Shown here in pieces: positions 44,236 through 52,767 of a stretch of DNA of 64,000 nucleotides (position 1 is its first letter; every line of letters starts with the position of its first letter). The position numbers and the translations under genes are program-made. The notes beneath the pieces are model-generated. The model made no database searches and was not told where the DNA came from. It saw only the letters and a list, made by a program, of their open reading frames with translations. The stretch spans positions 124,001-188,000 of IMG/VR virus record IMGVR_UViG_3300033153_007973. One strand, 5' to 3'.

Positions 44236-44979
44236 ACCCTAGATGATCTATCAGATGTGGTCATCTCAGCACCGACATCCGGCGCAGCTCTTATCTACAA
44301 TGGATCAGACTGGATCGATGATACACTCAGTGCTGCCGATGCAGATGCTATCCACGACAATGAAGCATTCGAGATCAGCGGAATAACAGAAAAGACCACT
44401 CCAGCCAGTACAGATTTGCTTGTCATTGAAGATTCGGCTGCAGGCTATGTGAAGAAGCGAGTTCAAGTAAGCAAACTAATATTCCCAACATTCCATTTCT
44501 TCGCAGATCAGTTTGACAGCCCAAATACAGCAGATTGGGCAGTAAATAATTCAACTAGGGCGTTTGCAGATAGTAACAACAGTGCATTAACTGTCCGTGA
44601 ATTTGATGATACATCTGAAGAGGGAGTCGGAATGATTATAGAAATTCCGACTGGTGCAACTAATATAGTTATCTCACTTAGGTCCAGACCTGAAACAGGA
44701 GCGGCTTCTAATCTTGGGGTTGTGCCAAAACTGTATGTCCGAGAGATGCCAGATAACGGAGTCGTTGAATCGTGGTCGGCAGGAACCGATATGACAGCAA
44801 TTACAATGGGAACGTCAAATGAATATTTTCAATATGATACTCAGACGATTGCGTTGACCACGTTGTCCCTTGTCGCAGGAAGGATTGCTCAGATAGAACT
44901 GACTCGTAATACAGGAAGCGGAAGCGATACACTCGTGGATGACTGGAATCTTCTTGAGCTGAAGGTGAGTTTCACATAA
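39835..44979 (+). CDS. Long tail fibre/tailspike with His/Asp repeats and right-handed beta-helix (pectate lyase-like, putative depolymerase)
   Basis: AGINAAIDTL...GGEIYLPAGDY followed by parallel beta-helix repeats (~42910-43860), then ADPMQDQDAATKAYVD, a shaft of His repeats and a C-terminal beta domain. Confidence 0.8.
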   Translation: MAFRITTTGAPDPVVFDDLGARSFSHPTTGYDLLLEFSQDEINNSVDIQDAIDISGITVVDEFGNSITSVSNENIMSRTTYDMNQNGVVDDVDSIGGLASGDLALAGHTHNDLYEVSGAVDTHEVAWNHDSFALSSHDHDADYEVSGAVASHEITHDHDSYDTHLASGELHREINDSGYDATDLWSAQKISGELVNSDQLSELNDVTISAPVSGELLTYNGTEWIDGGNAFIDGNLDVSGDLTGITLYGDGSNITNIGTSVSNAVTIDARVNEAGGITKGQAVYINGSTGMTPQVGLCDNTDPAKTGIYALAAETRTHGQSILIRREGILNGVNTNSWNTGDKLYPSTAGALTNVIPTGAVKSAGVVVTKHISLGVILVSTGIKDWYVSAASGQDIDLRMGDNAGATHIAFENYNDDEVAHIDSLGNGYLSGDLTISGSLTDGTNATTPAQIRSHIDDTDKHREINDSGYGSTDLWSADQISGELAGKSDTSHTHDDLYETSGAVDSHESTWDHDNFSIVSHDHDADYEVSGAVNTHESAYDHDGYDTHLADADKHREINDTGYGVTDLWSADKISGELASVEGDLDEKVKISSNDTTSDYLSNKISGDAGDIVVSEENDGGNEYIKIDIGNNVSGAITHANVTTGNPHSLDASDVGADPAGTAASAVSTHESTWDHDSFSISGHDHDADYEVSGAVTTHESAYDHDGYDTHIADDTKHRTINDSGYSVTDLWSADQISGELAGKSDTSHNHDERYYTEDESDSLFEASGAAVTVVSAHESAWDHDNFSVVSHDHDADYETSGAVTAHEGTYAHGDIATNSAHRTTTTGNPHNLDHNDVGAEVSGAVDTHESSYDHDGYDTHVADADKHREINDSGYGPTDLWSAEKISGELENVSGGTGATELDELTDVTLSGPASGEVLLYNGAEWVNDTVSGAGGTDPNAIHDNVPSEIQAITQKVSPIGTDIVLIEDSEATWAKKRAQLSDFPAAAHTHTYLDNDLTISGDFVASGDITAIGYNIPNRFAMPVTYDSAGINAAIDTLGSMGGEIYLPAGDYDITAEITIDYSKTKIIGAGRATQLWASNRAAFDDATSTLSVDDTITGSVNSYTAIVRRIVYDTATTGTVWFTDLSNSAGFNDDEVLASGGNDITLNGASVQPNFDVFLAAGGKNELTFANFVIWGASGSGNTKHGITLAISDDTIVDNVTINRTGGNGIVALATSSLRVMNCYINYVGLVGISFGSGDNMFIRGNTIIGSGTNDITCTGADRLRIMGNFINGDSIAGKGIVMTGSNNCIVAGNHLLNHTTVGIEELANCDNNIIYDNDTEGESTPYDLKGINSTYQLMEGGVNDFVGGILRDIADPMQDQDAATKAYVDSNTEVSGAVATHESAWDHDNFAISGHDHDADYEVSGAVASHESTYDHDGYDTHLADDTKHRTINDSGYGDTDLWSANQISGELAGKADTGHGHTLDDLSDVVISAPTSGAALIYNGSDWIDDTLSAADADAIHDNEAFEISGITEKTTPASTDLLVIEDSAAGYVKKRVQVSKLIFPTFHFFADQFDSPNTADWAVNNSTRAFADSNNSALTVREFDDTSEEGVGMIIEIPTGATNIVISLRSRPETGAASNLGVVPKLYVREMPDNGVVESWSAGTDMTAITMGTSNEYFQYDTQTIALTTLSLVAGRIAQIELTRNTGSGSDTLVDDWNLLELKVSFT

Positions 44980-46406
44980 TGGCTATGCAATTTGATGGTG
45001 TGAGTCAAGCTCTTGTAAGTGACGCAGTCATTACTGTGCCAACTGATGGAACTATATGCTTTTGGGTCAAAAGAGACAATATCGGATCTATTCATACATT
45101 AATTTATGTAGAGGATAACTTCTTAATTAGATTTAACACCAGTAATGAAATACAAACTATCTTACGCAGACATAAAGCAAAAGGAACTGAAAGTAATGCA
45201 ACGATAACGTCTACTACACAGTGGTATCATGTCGCTTGTTATTATACTAATGCAGGCGTAAATGGCATATTCATTAACGGTGTATTTGATATATCGGACA
45301 CACAAACGACGGGAGCGGTTACTAATGATTATTTACGGGTTGGTGATGCTGGCTATGGAACTAATAACTTTCACGGAGTCATTGATGATCTGCGAATATA
45401 TAATAGAGTTCTACCGGCAGATGAAGTGGCAACAATATATGCATGTAGAGGTACAGATGGAATACATTATGGATTAGAATATAGATGGGCACTGAATGAA
45501 CCAACGCCTATAGTTTGGAGGGATACAGTCGGAACGGTCCACCCGTATGGTGTTGCAATTTCCAACGGAAAGATTTATATAGCAGAATCGCCTCCATTAG
45601 CTTCTGGTGATAAAATTACTGTATGGGATGAAACCGACTTGTCATATATCACTTCATTTGGTGCTAATGGACTAGGGAATGGGCAGTTCCGCGATCCAAG
45701 AGGGATTGCCATTTCAAACGGTAAAATCTATGTAGTTGATTTTGGTAATGATCGTGTTACTGTATGGAACGAGTCCACGTTGGCATGGGAATCGAATTTT
45801 GGATCGACGGGAGCTGGTGATGAGAACTTTTCGGGCCCCATAGGAATAACAATCGACAATGGGAAGATATATATAACAGATGAAGGCAATAATCGGGTAT
45901 GCGTGTGGGTAGAATCCGGATTGACGTGGGATGCAAATTCGGGAGCCGTTGTGTCATCCCCGAGGGGGATCGGAGTAGCAGATAGTAAAATATTCATCGC
46001 GTCATTTATTGGGGATCAGGTGGTTGTCTTAAATCAATCGGACCTATCAGCCAATACGACATTCGGGTCGAGTAACTTAGATGGTCCACGAGGTCTTCAT
46101 ATTGCCAACGGGATTATATATGTTCTTGATAATGCTAACGCCCGTATAGCGTTTTTTGATTTGTCTGATTATTCCCTATTGCTGTCTTATGGTTCAAGTG
46201 GTTCAGGAGTTGGGCAGTTTTCATCGTTGAGAGAAATTACCTCTATCCACAATCGAGTTTATGTATCAGACACACTCAACGCACGAACAGCCCTACTAAA
46301 TTATAACGGCAATAAATTGATAGATTTGGCAGGTAGTATTGATTTATTATATGTAGATTCACCAACTGCGGTGGGAACAGAACTAAAATTCAGGAGGAAT
46401 GCGTAA
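44979..46406 (+). CDS. LamG plus NHL-repeat beta-propeller adhesin
   Basis: TICFWVK, WYHVACYY and FHGVIDDLRIYNRVL (LamG); about six NHL blades (GQFRDPRGIAISNGKIYVVDFGNDRV and similar). Confidence 0.85.
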   Translation: MAMQFDGVSQALVSDAVITVPTDGTICFWVKRDNIGSIHTLIYVEDNFLIRFNTSNEIQTILRRHKAKGTESNATITSTTQWYHVACYYTNAGVNGIFINGVFDISDTQTTGAVTNDYLRVGDAGYGTNNFHGVIDDLRIYNRVLPADEVATIYACRGTDGIHYGLEYRWALNEPTPIVWRDTVGTVHPYGVAISNGKIYIAESPPLASGDKITVWDETDLSYITSFGANGLGNGQFRDPRGIAISNGKIYVVDFGNDRVTVWNESTLAWESNFGSTGAGDENFSGPIGITIDNGKIYITDEGNNRVCVWVESGLTWDANSGAVVSSPRGIGVADSKIFIASFIGDQVVVLNQSDLSANTTFGSSNLDGPRGLHIANGIIYVLDNANARIAFFDLSDYSLLLSYGSSGSGVGQFSSLREITSIHNRVYVSDTLNARTALLNYNGNKLIDLAGSIDLLYVDSPTAVGTELKFRRNA

Positions 46407-46966
46407 TGGCCGATTATATTATATACGATCCAGATGATGCACTGGTCGCAGATCGCGTAACCGAATATAGGATGAGTGCGAATACCCCTACAGATACTGT
46501 CAACTGGCTGAAGAACCCCAACTTGAGCGACGTATCTGGGGTATCTCAGAAGTACTGGAAAGAGGATTCGGGCTTGGTGGCAGAGATGTCCCAGGGTGAG
46601 AAAGATATCATGGACCATGGGGATCTCACCGCCCACAAACAGACAAGGTATGCTGAAATCGACGATAAGACTGTTTCTTTGATATCCGAAGGATTTACTT
46701 TTGACGGGAATGTGTTCAGCCTATCGGTGCAGGCGCAGACAAATATCAACACGATCAAGAATAATTCTAGTGTATTTACATGGCCGCTTGCTGTCACAAC
46801 GAATGACAATAATGTATATATGCTATCTGAGGCAAATCTTCCGGGATACTGGGGGGCGGCGATGGTGGCGACAAAGACAAATCTTGATACTGGACGATCG
46901 CTGAAGAAGCTAATCTTTGATGCTACAGACAGAGCAGGCATAGATGCTGTGGTAGACACAAGATAG
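46406..46966 (+). CDS. DUF4376-like tail fibre chaperone
   Basis: KQTRYAEID...ISEGFTFDGNVF...AQTNI...W...T.DN pattern; last gene of the fibre block. Confidence 0.65.
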   Translation: MADYIIYDPDDALVADRVTEYRMSANTPTDTVNWLKNPNLSDVSGVSQKYWKEDSGLVAEMSQGEKDIMDHGDLTAHKQTRYAEIDDKTVSLISEGFTFDGNVFSLSVQAQTNINTIKNNSSVFTWPLAVTTNDNNVYMLSEANLPGYWGAAMVATKTNLDTGRSLKKLIFDATDRAGIDAVVDTR

Positions 46967-46985
46967 CGAATTATTCTTAAATGAC

Positions 46986-47014
46986 TTGACAAGATCTATA
47001 CAAGACTATACGCT
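46986..47014 (+). promoter_or_regulatory. sigma70-type promoter of the glycosyltransferase operon
   Basis: TTGACA (46986-46991), 17 nt, TACGCT (47009-47014); AGGAG RBS before ATG 47045. Confidence 0.65.
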
Positions 47015-47044
47015 GCCATAAAATAGAGAATAGGAGAGCTTTAG

Positions 47045-48178
47045 ATGAAAGTCGAATACCTCAGTGAAGCATTCAAGAACAGTGGGTATGGCGATGCCAG
47101 TCGCCGCAATATCATCCTGCTAAAGAGAGCAGGTTTTGATGTCTCAGTCACACAAATAGATAGTGATGATACCAAGCTATCTGATGACTGGAAGTATCAG
47201 GAATGCAAGCGCCTCAAGAACAAGTTCAATGATCCTGACATAAGAATTTCTCATATCTTAGCCTGTGCTATGGACAAAGTCCATCGCGACGGCGTCAAGA
47301 ATATCTGCTACACTACCTGGGAGACTGATCTTCTCCCAACAGACTGGGTCGCAAAGCTCAACAAGTATGCTGATGAGTGTTGGGTAACTGCGACTCGGAT
47401 TAAGAAGGTCTTCGAAGAATCCGGAGTCAAGATCCCAGTCAAGGTCTTGCCACCTACCCTCTTCCCTGAAGACATCAAATCTGCAGATGAGCCCATCAAT
47501 CAGACAAACCTCGATCCAATCATCAACAACCTCAGACCCAAGAACTTTTGCTTTTATTCAATCTTCCAGTGGATCCCACGAAAGAACCCCGATGCACTGC
47601 TCGAGGCATATGTCAGCGAGTTCGATGCCTCAGAACCAGTTACTCTACTTTTGAAGAGCTACAGAGTAGACCACTCTCCGGCAGAAACAAAGGCAATGAT
47701 ACAGACTATTAATAACCTAACGATAGAAATGGGATGCGGCCGAGAGCTCCTACCAGATATACTTCTGATACATGAACAACTCAGCAATGAATCCATGAAA
47801 GCAATACATAAGCTAGGAGACTGCTTTGTTCTCCCCCACCGCGGTGAGGGCACAGGCCTCCCCATTGTAGATGCTATCATGTTCAACAATCCAGTGATCA
47901 CTACAGCATATGGTGGTCCCGAAGACTTCCTTACTGAATACAATCAGAAGAAGCTCCCATATCGGATGAGACCTGTCAGAAATGCTTTCTGGGCATATAA
48001 TTACTTTAACTGCTACATGAACTGGGCAGATGTAGATGTCATGGACCTCAGAAACTGGATGCGTGATGCATATGAACGTAGAGATAGTCCTGCTATTATT
48101 GCAGAACAGAGGAAGAAGCTACTTGATAGCTATGGACAAGATACGACACTTAAAATGGTAAAGGAGATGTTAACATGA
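47045..48178 (+). CDS. Glycosyltransferase family 4 (GT-B)
   Basis: SGYGDASR, QWIPRKNPDALL and DCFVLPHRGEGTGLPIVDAI...PVITT motifs. Confidence 0.9.
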   Translation: MKVEYLSEAFKNSGYGDASRRNIILLKRAGFDVSVTQIDSDDTKLSDDWKYQECKRLKNKFNDPDIRISHILACAMDKVHRDGVKNICYTTWETDLLPTDWVAKLNKYADECWVTATRIKKVFEESGVKIPVKVLPPTLFPEDIKSADEPINQTNLDPIINNLRPKNFCFYSIFQWIPRKNPDALLEAYVSEFDASEPVTLLLKSYRVDHSPAETKAMIQTINNLTIEMGCGRELLPDILLIHEQLSNESMKAIHKLGDCFVLPHRGEGTGLPIVDAIMFNNPVITTAYGGPEDFLTEYNQKKLPYRMRPVRNAFWAYNYFNCYMNWADVDVMDLRNWMRDAYERRDSPAIIAEQRKKLLDSYGQDTTLKMVKEMLT

Positions 48179-48828
48179 GAGTGGTTCTACCATTTAAGAA
48201 TCGGCCAAACTACTTAAGATTGACTTTATCAACTATTAAGGAAGCTATGCGTAGCCGGACTGATATTAAGCTTCACCTCTTTGATGACATGTCTACGACA
48301 GCATATCCTTTAATTATAGAAGAGATGGACCTCATGATTACCAAAAACAGCACATTAGCAGGACCATATCAAGCCACTTCTAGAGCAATCAATGAAGAGT
48401 TTCTTATATGTGAGGATGAATATCTATTCGCACTAGATGCAGACTGCATTGTCCATCCTAATATCTTTAATATTGTAGAAAATATGGTCAAAGATCTCCC
48501 AAAAATGGGATTTGGTACCCTGTTTAATACTGACACACATAAAGTTAAAGCTGGAAATAGGGACGCAAAAGGATATGTCAGAAAGGTATCTATAGGTGGG
48601 TTAGGTTGCATTATTAAAAGAGATGCTTGGGAGTGGTATCGAAAGCAGACAACACAGAAAGGCCCAAAACATAAAGGATGGGACTGGGACTTCTGTTACT
48701 GGCTCGCAACAACAGATCAGTGGCATATCTGTAGTACAATCAATTCATATGTAGATCACATGGGCCAAACCGGTAGCCACAGTGGGCCTTCATGTGAAAT
48801 CGATCGGGCAATTAGGTTCTTGGAGTAG
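48175..48828 (+). CDS. Glycosyltransferase family 2-like (GT-A)
   Basis: VVLPFKNRPNYL, LFDDMS, DxD motif LDADC, GWDWDF and VDHMG. Confidence 0.85.
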   Translation: MRVVLPFKNRPNYLRLTLSTIKEAMRSRTDIKLHLFDDMSTTAYPLIIEEMDLMITKNSTLAGPYQATSRAINEEFLICEDEYLFALDADCIVHPNIFNIVENMVKDLPKMGFGTLFNTDTHKVKAGNRDAKGYVRKVSIGGLGCIIKRDAWEWYRKQTTQKGPKHKGWDWDFCYWLATTDQWHICSTINSYVDHMGQTGSHSGPSCEIDRAIRFLE

Positions 48829-48831
48829 CTA

Positions 48832-49521
48832 ATGACTAAAGATGTAACAGTAACAATGACAACATGTAAGCGATTACATCTTTTCAAGAAGACTATCGCA
48901 TCATTACTCGAGATGTGCGAAGACCAAGATAGAATAGCTGAATGGATAGTCTCAGATGATCATTCCCCCAAAGAACAAGTTGCAGCAATGAAGAAGCTGT
49001 ATCCATTCATGAATGTCCTTAGTTCTTCAGAGAAAGGACATGCAGCTAATCTGAACAATGTGTTTAAACATGTCAAGACACCATATGTGCTTCACTTAGA
49101 GGATGATTGGCGGTTCATCAAGAAAGGTAAGTTCATAAGCAAAGGAATCCATATCATTAAGAATACCACCAGGATAAAGATAGTCGTATTGAAACCTGGC
49201 ATGGGTGACATACCAAAGATAATCAAGGGCGAATCATGTCTCATACATCTATGGGATAAGGATGAGAATAAGGGAAAGTTTGATTACAAGAAGGCAAAAT
49301 GTAAACAGTTCGGACACTACACATTAAACCCAAGTATACAATCTATGGATGCAGTTAGGAAAACTGGTCGATTCAAGAAGCCACCAAACACCGAGGGACA
49401 ATTCACAGGAACATTTTCAAATCATGGATTTAAACTAGCAACACTACCACACCAATATGTAGAACATATCGGCACTGGAGCAAAGAATAGTGCTTACATT
49501 CTAAATAAGACACGGAGATAA
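48832..49521 (+). CDS. Glycosyltransferase family 2-like (GT-A)
   Basis: TMTTCKRL.LF..TI, SDDHS, LHLEDDW and VEHIG. Confidence 0.85.
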   Translation: MTKDVTVTMTTCKRLHLFKKTIASLLEMCEDQDRIAEWIVSDDHSPKEQVAAMKKLYPFMNVLSSSEKGHAANLNNVFKHVKTPYVLHLEDDWRFIKKGKFISKGIHIIKNTTRIKIVVLKPGMGDIPKIIKGESCLIHLWDKDENKGKFDYKKAKCKQFGHYTLNPSIQSMDAVRKTGRFKKPPNTEGQFTGTFSNHGFKLATLPHQYVEHIGTGAKNSAYILNKTRR

Positions 49522-49523
49522 TC

Positions 49524-50285
49524 ATGGATCAAATACCAATGCGTTGGTGCGCGGGTCTTGCAAATTGGGGAGACATACTCTCACCATATCTAACTTCACT
49601 AATCTCTGGTAAGAAAGCAGTTTTATGTACAGACATAAGTAAGCCAAAGTACTCAGTAATTGGAAGCCAGATGAATCTTGTGGATCGTAATACCATAGTA
49701 TGGGGAAGTGGATTTATGCTCCCAGCTGACAACTTCCAAAAGGGCCCACCTAAGCAAGTTCTAGCAGTCAGGGGACCCATGACCAGGCAGAGACTGCTTC
49801 AGCTCAAGGTTCCTTGTCCAGAAGTATATGGTGATCCCGCCCTTCTGTATCCAAGATACTATCATCCGAAGGTCGAAAAGAAATATGTTTGGGGCATCAT
49901 TCCACACTACGTAGATGTAAAACATCCATGGCTTAAACGATTTGTAGGTAATCCAAAAGTCAAGGTTATTGATATCACACAATCAATAAATGGATTTGTA
50001 GATGATGTGTTGTCATGTGAACGAATCGTCTCAAGTGCACTACATGGAATAATAGCTGGCGACGCGTACGGTCTTCCATCATACTGGATCGAGCTTTCTA
50101 ATAAAGTCTTTGGTCAGGGATTCAAATTCAGAGACTACTTTGCTTCAGTGAGTCGCCCATCAGTCAGACTTACCCCGGATATGGGCAGACTCAAAGACAT
50201 GTCTGTTCATATGAAAGAGTATAAAGTGAACATAGATCTCAATAAACTTATGGATGCGTGTCCATTCAAGTCAAAGGACATATAA
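49524..50285 (+). CDS. Polysaccharide pyruvyltransferase (ExoV-like)
   Basis: NWGDILSP, VWGSG, AVRGPMT, YGDPALL, IIPHY, SSALHGII.GDAYG and FKFRDYF. Confidence 0.9.
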   Translation: MDQIPMRWCAGLANWGDILSPYLTSLISGKKAVLCTDISKPKYSVIGSQMNLVDRNTIVWGSGFMLPADNFQKGPPKQVLAVRGPMTRQRLLQLKVPCPEVYGDPALLYPRYYHPKVEKKYVWGIIPHYVDVKHPWLKRFVGNPKVKVIDITQSINGFVDDVLSCERIVSSALHGIIAGDAYGLPSYWIELSNKVFGQGFKFRDYFASVSRPSVRLTPDMGRLKDMSVHMKEYKVNIDLNKLMDACPFKSKDI

Positions 50286-50286
50286 C

Positions 50287-51573
50287 ATGCATGACATGAT
50301 ACTTATATATTTACCCCATCCATATCTCAATGAGCCCAACGCACAGGCACCCATGGGATTGCTAGCAGTAGGTGCTGTTCTTAAAGAGAACGATTATAAT
50401 ACTGTCGTGAAGAACTACTCCGCGTACTCTATAGATAATGCTATAAAGGATCTTCCAGAGTCTAGGGTCTATGGTATCACCGTGACAAGCCTCGAGCTAC
50501 TTGCAGCTAACAGGTTTGCCAAGAGGATCAAGCAGAAGTATCCTACATGTAACGTGATCCTGGGTGGCCCAGGCACATATGCGGATGAGTTCGTTGATAC
50601 TAATTATATAGACAGTATCTTAAAAGGTGAGGGTGACATAACATGCCTGGAAATGATGCGAGATATGGAGATCAACATCCTTAAACCAGTATACCATGGG
50701 AAACTTGTGACAGATCTAGATACTCTGCCATTTCCTGCTAGAGAGATGCTTGATGGGAATATGGGTGGAAATATCTTCGCATTCAAGAAACAGTACACTA
50801 ACGATGGTAAATCCACAATCCTGCTATCTTCCAGAGGCTGTCCCTTCAAGTGTGCATTCTGTTCTGCGCCTTCTTTCACTCACAACAGTAGGGTTCGACT
50901 CAGAAGTCCAAAGTCAATAGCGGATGAAGTCAAACAAGTCATAGATGAGTATGGTATACGACAGTTTAGGTTTTCTGATGACATGTTTACTGCTAATGCA
51001 AGACATGCTATAGAGGTTAGTAAGGAGCTCCAGAAGCTGGACATCTACTGGCGGGTATCGTGCCGAACCAAGCCACTATCAGAGGACATGCTTAAGGCCA
51101 TGTATGATGGCGGGTGTAAAGAGCTCTCATTTGGTGTAGAAAGTTTCGACGATGATGTCCTAAAGCTATTGGATAAGCGGGCAACATGTGCTGACAATGT
51201 CAGAGCGCTCGAACTCTCTCACAAGCTCAGGTTCACCACTCGAATCTTAATGATGATCAGGACACCTGGGCAAACACCCAAGACAATAGAGGATAACAAA
51301 CACTGGCTAACTAGGGTCCCCTACTCTATCATAGCATGCACCACCTTCGTGCCCATCCCCGGCTCTGATATATGGGACAATCCTGACAAATACAATGTAG
51401 AGATCCTTAACAAGAATCTTGATGACTACAACTTCTACTTCTTTGGACCCGGTGGAGAGAATGAACTAAAGCCCATCCTTAAGATCAAGGATCGTACACT
51501 AGAAGAGTTCCATGCTGAAACAATCGAGTTTCGAGACTGGCTGAAAGAACATACGCAAGTAAATAGAGGATAA
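50287..51573 (+). CDS. Cobalamin-binding radical SAM protein (class B-like)
   Basis: PMGLLAVGA and VILGGPG (B12 domain), SRGCPFKCAFC (CxxxCxxC), FSDDMF and FGVES. Start moved to ATG 50287 after AAGGA. Confidence 0.9.
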   Translation: MHDMILIYLPHPYLNEPNAQAPMGLLAVGAVLKENDYNTVVKNYSAYSIDNAIKDLPESRVYGITVTSLELLAANRFAKRIKQKYPTCNVILGGPGTYADEFVDTNYIDSILKGEGDITCLEMMRDMEINILKPVYHGKLVTDLDTLPFPAREMLDGNMGGNIFAFKKQYTNDGKSTILLSSRGCPFKCAFCSAPSFTHNSRVRLRSPKSIADEVKQVIDEYGIRQFRFSDDMFTANARHAIEVSKELQKLDIYWRVSCRTKPLSEDMLKAMYDGGCKELSFGVESFDDDVLKLLDKRATCADNVRALELSHKLRFTTRILMMIRTPGQTPKTIEDNKHWLTRVPYSIIACTTFVPIPGSDIWDNPDKYNVEILNKNLDDYNFYFFGPGGENELKPILKIKDRTLEEFHAETIEFRDWLKEHTQVNRG

Positions 51574-51577
51574 GATA

Positions 51578-52270
51578 ATGAAAAGCGTACTTGAAGAGAC
51601 ACAGCTAGAAAGAGATGAGGAACTGGGACCACTGATAGATATCCCACTAAGGTATGTGCAGCAGCTAGGCATTTGCACGCCAGATTCTATAAGAATCTAT
51701 GATGGTAGTGCTCCTATCCGTAATGAAGAGGACTATATAGATCTATATAAAGACTTCAAGAGTTTGGATTTTCATGCATACCTCAGGACTCTGATGTTTA
51801 CAAGTGTTGTTCGTAGAGGACACTATTTTAAAGATACCAAACATAAAGATAAAACATGCTTAGATTATGGTAGTGGTGTGGGAACACACACCATAGTCCT
51901 TCTAGAACGTGGTAACTATGTAGACATGATGGACATTAATGGACCTCTATTAAGATTTGCACATAGTCGTGTTCTAAAGCGTGGATATAAGACAAACATA
52001 CTATATTCTGACGCGGTTCTACAGGATGATCACTATGATATTGTCGTGTGTCTAGATGTCTTAGAACATGTATATGATCCCTATTCTGAATTGGTACGAT
52101 TGCACAAAGCTATGAAGAAGAATGCCATATTGATACTAGAAGTTAGTCTCAAGGTGAAAGAATCATCAGGACATTTCAAGAATAGCATTGATGTATGGGA
52201 GAGTAAAGGGTTAGCATTTCTACGTAAGCATTTCACTCGACAGAGCAATACCAGATGGGTGAAATCATGA
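51578..52270 (+). CDS. Class I SAM-dependent methyltransferase
   Basis: CLDYGSGVG, YDIVVCLDVLEHV. Confidence 0.9.
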   Translation: MKSVLEETQLERDEELGPLIDIPLRYVQQLGICTPDSIRIYDGSAPIRNEEDYIDLYKDFKSLDFHAYLRTLMFTSVVRRGHYFKDTKHKDKTCLDYGSGVGTHTIVLLERGNYVDMMDINGPLLRFAHSRVLKRGYKTNILYSDAVLQDDHYDIVVCLDVLEHVYDPYSELVRLHKAMKKNAILILEVSLKVKESSGHFKNSIDVWESKGLAFLRKHFTRQSNTRWVKS

Positions 52271-52767
52271 TAACAGCCAAACTCATCAAGGGTGCGCATT
52301 GTACTATCTCTCCAGAGTCACACATTGGATACAATGAACATGGTGGCGAGATTATTCTGGGCAATGGAACTAAGATCATGCATAACTGTATCATCCGTAC
52401 GTGTACAGGAACCATCCGCATGGGAAAACTTGTCAGTGTAGGATATAATACTATTATGCACGGACAGGGCGGCATCACCATTGGAGATTATGTTCTGATC
52501 AGTCCTGGAGTTCAAATACATGCACAGAACCACGGTATAAAACGCAATACTCTGATAAGAAACCAGCCAAACACACATAAAGGTATCAATATAGCAAATG
52601 ATGTATGGATAGGAGCATCAGCTATTATTACTGATGGAGTAAGCATAGGACAAGGTGCAGTAATCGGCGCCGGCGCTATTGTCACAAAAGATGTTCCTCA
52701 ATATGAAATATGGGCCGGGAATCCCGCCAAGAAGATAGGAGAAAGACATGAAGATACTGTACTTTAG
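52267..52767 (+). CDS. Hexapeptide-repeat O-acetyltransferase
   Basis: ITIGDYVLISPGV, IANDVWIGASAII.DGVSIGQGAVIGAGAIVTKDV, AGNPAK; ATGA overlap with the previous stop. Confidence 0.9.
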   Translation: MITAKLIKGAHCTISPESHIGYNEHGGEIILGNGTKIMHNCIIRTCTGTIRMGKLVSVGYNTIMHGQGGITIGDYVLISPGVQIHAQNHGIKRNTLIRNQPNTHKGINIANDVWIGASAIITDGVSIGQGAVIGAGAIVTKDVPQYEIWAGNPAKKIGERHEDTVL

